A stretch of 63,414 nt of DNA from a virus (lineage: Duplodnaviria; Caudoviricetes), in IMG/VR virus record IMGVR_UViG_3300045996_000494, positions 1 through 63,414 of that record; one strand, written 5' to 3'. The notes below the pieces were generated by a model. The model saw only the letters and a program-made list of their open reading frames with translations, ran no database searches and was not told where the DNA came from. This document shows, piece by piece, positions 58,308 through 63,414 of this stretch. Each line of letters begins with the position of its first letter. Position 1 is the stretch's first letter. The translations under genes and the position numbers were made by a program.

Positions 58308-60245
58308 ATGAGCTACGTCGTTCTCGATTTTGAGACCTACTACGACAAAGAGTACTCCCTGCGAAAAATGACGCCAGTGGAGTACCTGCTTGACACGCGC
58401 TTCGAGGTGATCGGCTGCGCGGTGATCGACCGCGAGGGGCTGCAGGCTAGACTCTTGGACGGCAAGCCGGTGTTCGTCGAGCCCGAGCCGCTGCGCGATT
58501 ACCTCGCAGGGTTACGGCAGCGCCAGCTACAGGGCGAGGTGCTCACCGTAATATCACACAATGCTCTGTTCGACATGTGCATCCTCGCCTGGAAGTATGG
58601 CGTGGTGCCGGACCTGATCATCGACACGCTCTCAATGGCGCGGGCAACGGTCTATGCCTACACCGGGAGCGCGGCGCTAGATGTCGTGGCTGACTACTTC
58701 TCTCTGCCTCCCAAGGGCACGGCGATCAAACACGTCTCGGGCATGAACGCGCAAGCGATCAAGGATGCCGGGCTGTGGGACACGTACACAGCCTACGCAG
58801 AACATGACGCTTGGCTGTGCGAGCAGATTTACCAGATGCTAATGAATGATTGGGACTTCCCCGAGGAAGAGCTGGAGATTTACGATCTCGTCATCAAGTG
58901 CGCCGTGGTGCCCAAGTTCCAGCTCGACGCCGATCTCCTGGCGCAGCACGCCGCCCAGCTGGAAGCACACAAGCAGGCGCTGCTGGCGCGCTGCGGAATG
59001 ACCGACCGCCTCGCGCTGATGTCGAACGAGAAGTTCGCGGCGGCGCTCGGTGCCATTGGGCTCAACATCGAGATACCGATGAAGCTATCGCCGACGACGG
59101 GTGAGTTGACCTACGCCTTCGCCAAGTCCGACCCCGCCATGATCGAGCTGTCCGAGCACGAGGATGTGCGGGTGCAGGCGCTGGTCGCTGCACGCATCGG
59201 CCACAAGTCGACCATCGAGCAGACGCGCACCGAGAAGCTGCTGCGCATCGCCCAGCTGGAGTGGCCGAACGGTAGCCGCGGTTGGTGCCCCATCCCGCTC
59301 CGCAACGCCGGAGCCCACACGCACCGTCTATCGGGCGACTGGAAGCTCAACGCTCAGAACTGGCCGCGCTTCACCACGTATGAGGGGCAGGAGAAACAGA
59401 CCGGATTGCTGCGCCGTGCACACAAGGCGCCACCCGGCAAGAGCGTGGTGAAGCGTGACGCCAGCCAGATCGAGGCGCGCATCGTCGCGTGGTTGCCGCG
59501 CCAGTTGGACTTAGTGCAGGCATTCCGCGAGGGCCGTGACATTTACTCCGAGTTCGCGGAGCAGGCGATCTACCACTACCCTGTCAACAAGACGACGGTG
59601 GACGAGCGCTTCGTCGGCAAGACCGCGATCCTGGGGCTGGGCTTTGGTGTCGGCCCCGACAAGTTCGCCAGCGAGGTGGCGGCCAAGAGCTATGCCAACC
59701 TCGGGCACAAGATCGACATGCCGGTTACCCAGGCAGGTAACATCGTCAATGCCTACCGCACCATGTACCCGATGATCCCTTTGGCCTGGAAAACGCTGCA
59801 GAACTATATCCCAGTTATGGCACGCGATCTGAATTTTGCGATGGCCTTTGGGCCAGTAATACTGGAACACCAATCAATATTCCTGCCCAACGGTCAACGG
59901 CTCTACTACCACAATCTGGAGTATGACACGCAGAAGCAGGAGTGGATGTTCAAGTACGGCCGCATGCCGAAGAAGATTTACGGCGGCAAGATGTTCGAGA
60001 ACATAGTGCAGGCGCTGGCGCGGATCATCACCATGTCCGCCACACTCAAGATGAAGAAGCTATTTCCAAAGATCGGGCTGGCGCATCAGGTGCACGACGA
60101 CCTAGTCTACATCGTCCCGAATGACATGGTGATCGAGTTCGATCACGCGCTCGCCCAGTGCATGAACGAGCCGCCGCTGTGGGCCGCAGAGCTGCCGCTC
60201 GCCAGCGAGGGCGGCATCGGTCCGAACTACGGAGATGCGAAATGA
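58308..60245 (+). CDS. DNA polymerase family A with 3'-5' exonuclease
   Basis: LDFETY, HNALFD, motif A DASQIEAR, motif B RFVGKTAILGLGFG, motif C VHDD. Confidence 0.93.
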   Translation: MSYVVLDFETYYDKEYSLRKMTPVEYLLDTRFEVIGCAVIDREGLQARLLDGKPVFVEPEPLRDYLAGLRQRQLQGEVLTVISHNALFDMCILAWKYGVVPDLIIDTLSMARATVYAYTGSAALDVVADYFSLPPKGTAIKHVSGMNAQAIKDAGLWDTYTAYAEHDAWLCEQIYQMLMNDWDFPEEELEIYDLVIKCAVVPKFQLDADLLAQHAAQLEAHKQALLARCGMTDRLALMSNEKFAAALGAIGLNIEIPMKLSPTTGELTYAFAKSDPAMIELSEHEDVRVQALVAARIGHKSTIEQTRTEKLLRIAQLEWPNGSRGWCPIPLRNAGAHTHRLSGDWKLNAQNWPRFTTYEGQEKQTGLLRRAHKAPPGKSVVKRDASQIEARIVAWLPRQLDLVQAFREGRDIYSEFAEQAIYHYPVNKTTVDERFVGKTAILGLGFGVGPDKFASEVAAKSYANLGHKIDMPVTQAGNIVNAYRTMYPMIPLAWKTLQNYIPVMARDLNFAMAFGPVILEHQSIFLPNGQRLYYHNLEYDTQKQEWMFKYGRMPKKIYGGKMFENIVQALARIITMSATLKMKKLFPKIGLAHQVHDDLVYIVPNDMVIEFDHALAQCMNEPPLWAAELPLASEGGIGPNYGDAK

Positions 60246-60326
60246 TCTGGTGGCGGCTGTGTGTCCCGTGGCCAGACGAGGATGGTTGGTTCGCGTTTGG
60301 GCTTCCCCTAACCCCGGAGGGTAACG

Positions 60327-60581
60327 ATGGCTGACGATCCGTTGAAAGAGTGGATGGACAAGAACGTGTCGACAGGTGGCCCGGTCGAGTTGCCGCCCGC
60401 ACCTAAGTCGGTGTGCGGCAACTGCCGCTTTGGTCTGCCGACCGCGCAGCTGAACCAGCTCGGGTGTGCGCGCTTCCCGCCACAGATCGTGCTGCTGCCA
60501 CCGAACCAGCTGCTCACTCAATTCCCCATGGTGCAGCCTACGCAATACTGTGGAGAGCACCAGCCGAAGTTGAATAGCTGA
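60327..60581 (+). CDS. Small Cys-rich protein
   Basis: CGNCRF...CARFPP...YCGEH; follows the motif at 60309. Confidence 0.7.
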   Translation: MADDPLKEWMDKNVSTGGPVELPPAPKSVCGNCRFGLPTAQLNQLGCARFPPQIVLLPPNQLLTQFPMVQPTQYCGEHQPKLNS

Positions 60582-60772
60582 TGAAACATCTGTTGCAGCT
60601 AACAGCGAACTGCTGCAAGTGGGTGGAAGGCGATCCACGCTCGCTTATGTACTGCGGCGAGCCGGTGCAGCCGGGCACTAGCTGGTGCCCGAGGCATCAC
60701 AAGATCGTCTTTCCCGGCAAGCCGCCGCCAGCCCCGGCGCAGCCACCCCGCAAGCCAGGATGGTTCCGATGA
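60581..60772 (+). CDS. gcrA: GcrA-like protein, C-terminal domain only
   Basis: LLQLTANCCKWVEGDP...YCGEP...SWCPRH matches the GcrA CTD pattern. Confidence 0.72.
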   Translation: MKHLLQLTANCCKWVEGDPRSLMYCGEPVQPGTSWCPRHHKIVFPGKPPPAPAQPPRKPGWFR

Positions 60773-61500
60773 ACGTGCACACTACCCGCTTCGCCCCCGC
60801 CAAGCAGAAGCCCTTCGCGTGGTCGTACACGAAGCTGAAAAACTTCGAGGCGTGTCCGAAGCGACACTACCACGTCGACGTGATCAAGGATGTGAAGGAA
60901 GAGGAAAGTGAGCAGCTCCGATACGGCAACATCATCCACACCATCCTCGACCAGTACGTCCGGCACGGCACCACTCTGCCACCCGTGCACGAGCCCCACC
61001 TCAAGCCCTGGGTCGACCGCGTCTTTACCTTCCGAGGTAAGGACGTGCGACAGCACGGCGCCATCGTCAACGCCGAGCAGCAGCTGGCGATCAACAAGGA
61101 CTTTGCCCCGACCGAGTGGTTCGGCCGTGAGGCGTGGTACCGCGCCAAGGTAGACGTGATGTGGCGCCTCGGCCCCGTCGCCGGCGTCGTTGATTGGAAA
61201 ACCGGGAAGGTGGTTGAGGACAGTGTGCAGCTCATGCTGACCGCAGCCTGCGCCTTCGCCCATTACCCCGAGGTGCAGATAATCCGCTCCACGTTCGCGT
61301 GGCTCGCGGAGGGTGCTACGACCGACTGCGACATGCGCCGCGAAGAGCTGCCGGAGATGTGGTCGAGCCTATGGGACCGCATCGAGCTACTGAGGCACGC
61401 CTATGAAACAGTCTCGTACCCGCCAACCCCGTGCCGGCTCTGCCGAGCGTGGTGCCCCGTCAAGCAATGTCCGCACCATGGAGAAGCGCACGGTGGATAA
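60769..61500 (+). CDS. Cas4-like PD-(D/E)xK exonuclease
   Basis: WSYT..F..CPK, G..IH, VD...DWKTGK and C-terminal LC..WCPV..C. Confidence 0.85.
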   Translation: MNVHTTRFAPAKQKPFAWSYTKLKNFEACPKRHYHVDVIKDVKEEESEQLRYGNIIHTILDQYVRHGTTLPPVHEPHLKPWVDRVFTFRGKDVRQHGAIVNAEQQLAINKDFAPTEWFGREAWYRAKVDVMWRLGPVAGVVDWKTGKVVEDSVQLMLTAACAFAHYPEVQIIRSTFAWLAEGATTDCDMRREELPEMWSSLWDRIELLRHAYETVSYPPTPCRLCRAWCPVKQCPHHGEAHGG

Positions 61501-61584
61501 ATGGGTGAGACATTGGGTAGAACAGATTATGGATGAACAAATATACTGGGTTTGGGATAAAGGCCGGAATAAAAGGACTTGACA

Positions 61585-61914
61585 ATGGCCACCCCGGAAG
61601 GTAAAATCAAAACCAAGATCAAGAAACTACTCAAGACTTACGAGGACCAGGGTATCTACTACGAGATGCCAGTGCCCTCGGGCTATGGCAAGTCAGGTCT
61701 CGACTTCTATGGTTGCTTCCGTGGGTACTTCTTTGCCATCGAGGCGAAGGCCCTAAAAGGAATGGTAACTCCACTACAAGACTTTACCATAAATAATATA
61801 CGTGCAAGCGGAGGAGCGGTGTTTGTAATTAGGGACGATCATGGTCTGAAAGAACTAGACGTATGGTTGGTAATGGTTAGTGCAATGAACCGACAACTGG
61901 TACAAGTGCTATGA
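61585..61914 (+). CDS. VRR-NUC domain nuclease
   Basis: TPEGKIK...G..D...FAIEAKA...TPLQ...I..SGG. Confidence 0.85.
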   Translation: MATPEGKIKTKIKKLLKTYEDQGIYYEMPVPSGYGKSGLDFYGCFRGYFFAIEAKALKGMVTPLQDFTINNIRASGGAVFVIRDDHGLKELDVWLVMVSAMNRQLVQVL

Positions 61915-63414
61915 TCCAGATCAGCGCAAAGCATAAAGTCGTCGGCGTACCGGCGCAGCCCCAGCTGCAGAACCTGTTCCCGAAGGCGCGCACCGCCGTG
62001 CTCAACGGGCAGGAGCTGGTCCTCCTGCCGCATGGGTTCCAAGAGACCGTGATGTTGCGCAACCTCGGCTACGAGGTGCCGGCACCGATCCTCACGCAGT
62101 ACGACTGGCCCGGCGACAAGCGGCCGTTCGACGTGCAGCGGTGGACCGCCGCTGCCATGACCACGAACCAACGCTTCTATTGCCTCAACGGCATGGGCAC
62201 CGGCAAGACGCGCGCTGCGCTGTGGGCCTACGATTACCTGCGGGGTAACTCGATGGCGAAGCGGGCGCTCGTGGTCGCCCCGCTCTCGACGCTCGACAAC
62301 GTGTGGCGGCGTGAAGCCTTCCGCACCTGCCCCCATCTGTCGGTCGGTGTCTTACACAACACCGACAAGAAGAAGCGCCTCGACGTGCTGGCGCAGGACC
62401 ATGACATCTACGTCACCAACACCGATGGCATCAAGGTGCTGGCGAAGCAGCTCATTGCCGACAAGCGCATCGACACACTGATCCTCGACGAGCTGGCACT
62501 GTTCCGCAACGCGGGCTCCGACCGCAACAAGGTGGCTCGGGCGCTGGCGCAGCGCATGACATGGGTGTGGGGGCTGACCGGCAGCCCGACGCCTAACGAG
62601 CCGCCGGACGCCTGGGGTCAGTGCCTGATCATCACGCCGCACACCATCCCCAAGACCATGGGGCGGTTCCGCGCCGAGACGATGCACAAGATCACGCAGT
62701 TCAAGCAGGTGCCAAAGAAGGACGCCTCGGACCGGGTGTTCCGCGCCATGCAGCCCGCAGTGCGCTTCACGCTAGATGACGTGGTCGAGCTGCCGGACGT
62801 GATCGAGCGGACCATCGACGTAAGTATGGGCTCGCGGCAGCTTCATGTCTATGAAGAGATGCGCAAGCATTCCATTGTCGCTATCCAAGAACACAAGATT
62901 ACCGCCGTGAACGCCGGTGTAGCACTCAACAAGATGCTCCAAATATCGCTGGGTTACGTCTACACACGCAATGGCGCCGTTGTACCACTCGATAACGACA
63001 AGCGGCTCGATGCTATCATTGATGCTGTCCGCAGCACGGATCGGAAGGTGCTGATCTTCGTGCCGTTCACTCATGCTTTGGAGGGTATCCACAAGAAGCT
63101 CCTAGGGGACAAGATCGACTGCGCTCTCGTGTACGGCCAGACATCGAAGAAGCAGCGCGACTACATCTTCAACTTGTTCCAGAGCACCACGAAATTCAAG
63201 GCCATTGCCGCGCACCCTGGCTGCATGAGCCACGGGCTCACACTGACCGCGGCTGACACCGTCATCTGGGCTGGGCCGACGACTTCACTGGAGACGTTCG
63301 AGCAAGCCAACGCCCGCATCCGGCGCGTGGGCCAGAGCCACAAGCAGCAGATCATCATGTTCCAGTCGAGCGCCATTGAGCGCCGCATGTACTCCCGCCT
63401 GCGGGCGAAGAAGC
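61911..63414 (+). CDS. SNF2-like superfamily II helicase (runs through the junction to 180)
   Basis: NGMGTGKT, ILDELA, LTGSPTPN, HGLTLT and QANARIRRVGQ; absent from the ORF track because no stop occurs before the window end. Confidence 0.92.
   Translation, partial: MIQISAKHKVVGVPAQPQLQNLFPKARTAVLNGQELVLLPHGFQETVMLRNLGYEVPAPILTQYDWPGDKRPFDVQRWTAAAMTTNQRFYCLNGMGTGKTRAALWAYDYLRGNSMAKRALVVAPLSTLDNVWRREAFRTCPHLSVGVLHNTDKKKRLDVLAQDHDIYVTNTDGIKVLAKQLIADKRIDTLILDELALFRNAGSDRNKVARALAQRMTWVWGLTGSPTPNEPPDAWGQCLIITPHTIPKTMGRFRAETMHKITQFKQVPKKDASDRVFRAMQPAVRFTLDDVVELPDVIERTIDVSMGSRQLHVYEEMRKHSIVAIQEHKITAVNAGVALNKMLQISLGYVYTRNGAVVPLDNDKRLDAIIDAVRSTDRKVLIFVPFTHALEGIHKKLLGDKIDCALVYGQTSKKQRDYIFNLFQSTTKFKAIAAHPGCMSHGLTLTAADTVIWAGPTTSLETFEQANARIRRVGQSHKQQIIMFQSSAIERRMYSRLRAKK

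Larger units (their letters stand above)
347..61604. repeat. Dispersed 16-bp quasi-palindrome family T(T/A/C)ACC(C/T)N4(A/G)GGTAA, about 49 copies
   Basis: Read directly, e.g. 704, 11671, 18360, 20214, 37659 (perfect palindrome TTACCCCGCGGGGTAA), 50725, 52079, 60309; full list in findings. Confidence 0.95.

Noticed and set aside
63288-63414. 127-bp repeat as a biological terminal repeat
   Set aside because: It falls in the middle of the helicase gene and equals a common assembler k-mer length, so it is best explained as circular overlap

Overview
This is a complete, circularly assembled tailed-phage genome of about 63.3 kb. Bases 1-127 are repeated exactly at 63288-63414, giving a unit length of 63,287 bp. 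It is high-GC with a podovirus-type layout; a GcrA-like gene and a DUF3309-like gene suggest an alphaproteobacterial host. The plus-strand arm (about 46-63 kb, wrapping to 5.8 kb) holds small early genes, an AAA/vWA pair, a family A DNA polymerase, a Cas4-like nuclease, VRR-NUC, an SNF2-like helicase spanning the junction, an SSB-like protein and a primase-helicase. The minus-strand arm (about 6-40 kb) holds the portal, an inserted appendage-like module, scaffold, capsid, adaptors, tailspike, lysis genes, nozzle, three ejection proteins and distal accessory genes. The terminase genes point away from the portal. I saw no integrase, clear CI repressor, RNA polymerase, tRNA or CRISPR array. The main unexplained signals are four. 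(1) About 49 copies of a 16-bp quasi-palindrome T(T/A/C)ACC(C/T)N4(A/G)GGTAA occur across the genome, both inside essential CDSs and fused to stop/RBS junctions. (2) Two large, densely base-paired non-coding regions lie at about 45.3-45.95 kb and 47.47-47.85 kb; the first has G-U pairs and a GNRA loop, as expected for structured RNA. (3) An Acb2/Tad1-like sponge candidate and a GcrA C-terminal-only protein are present. (4) An 11-gene module with a 24-repeat protein sits between portal and scaffold. All family assignments come from recognising motifs by eye, not from database searches.
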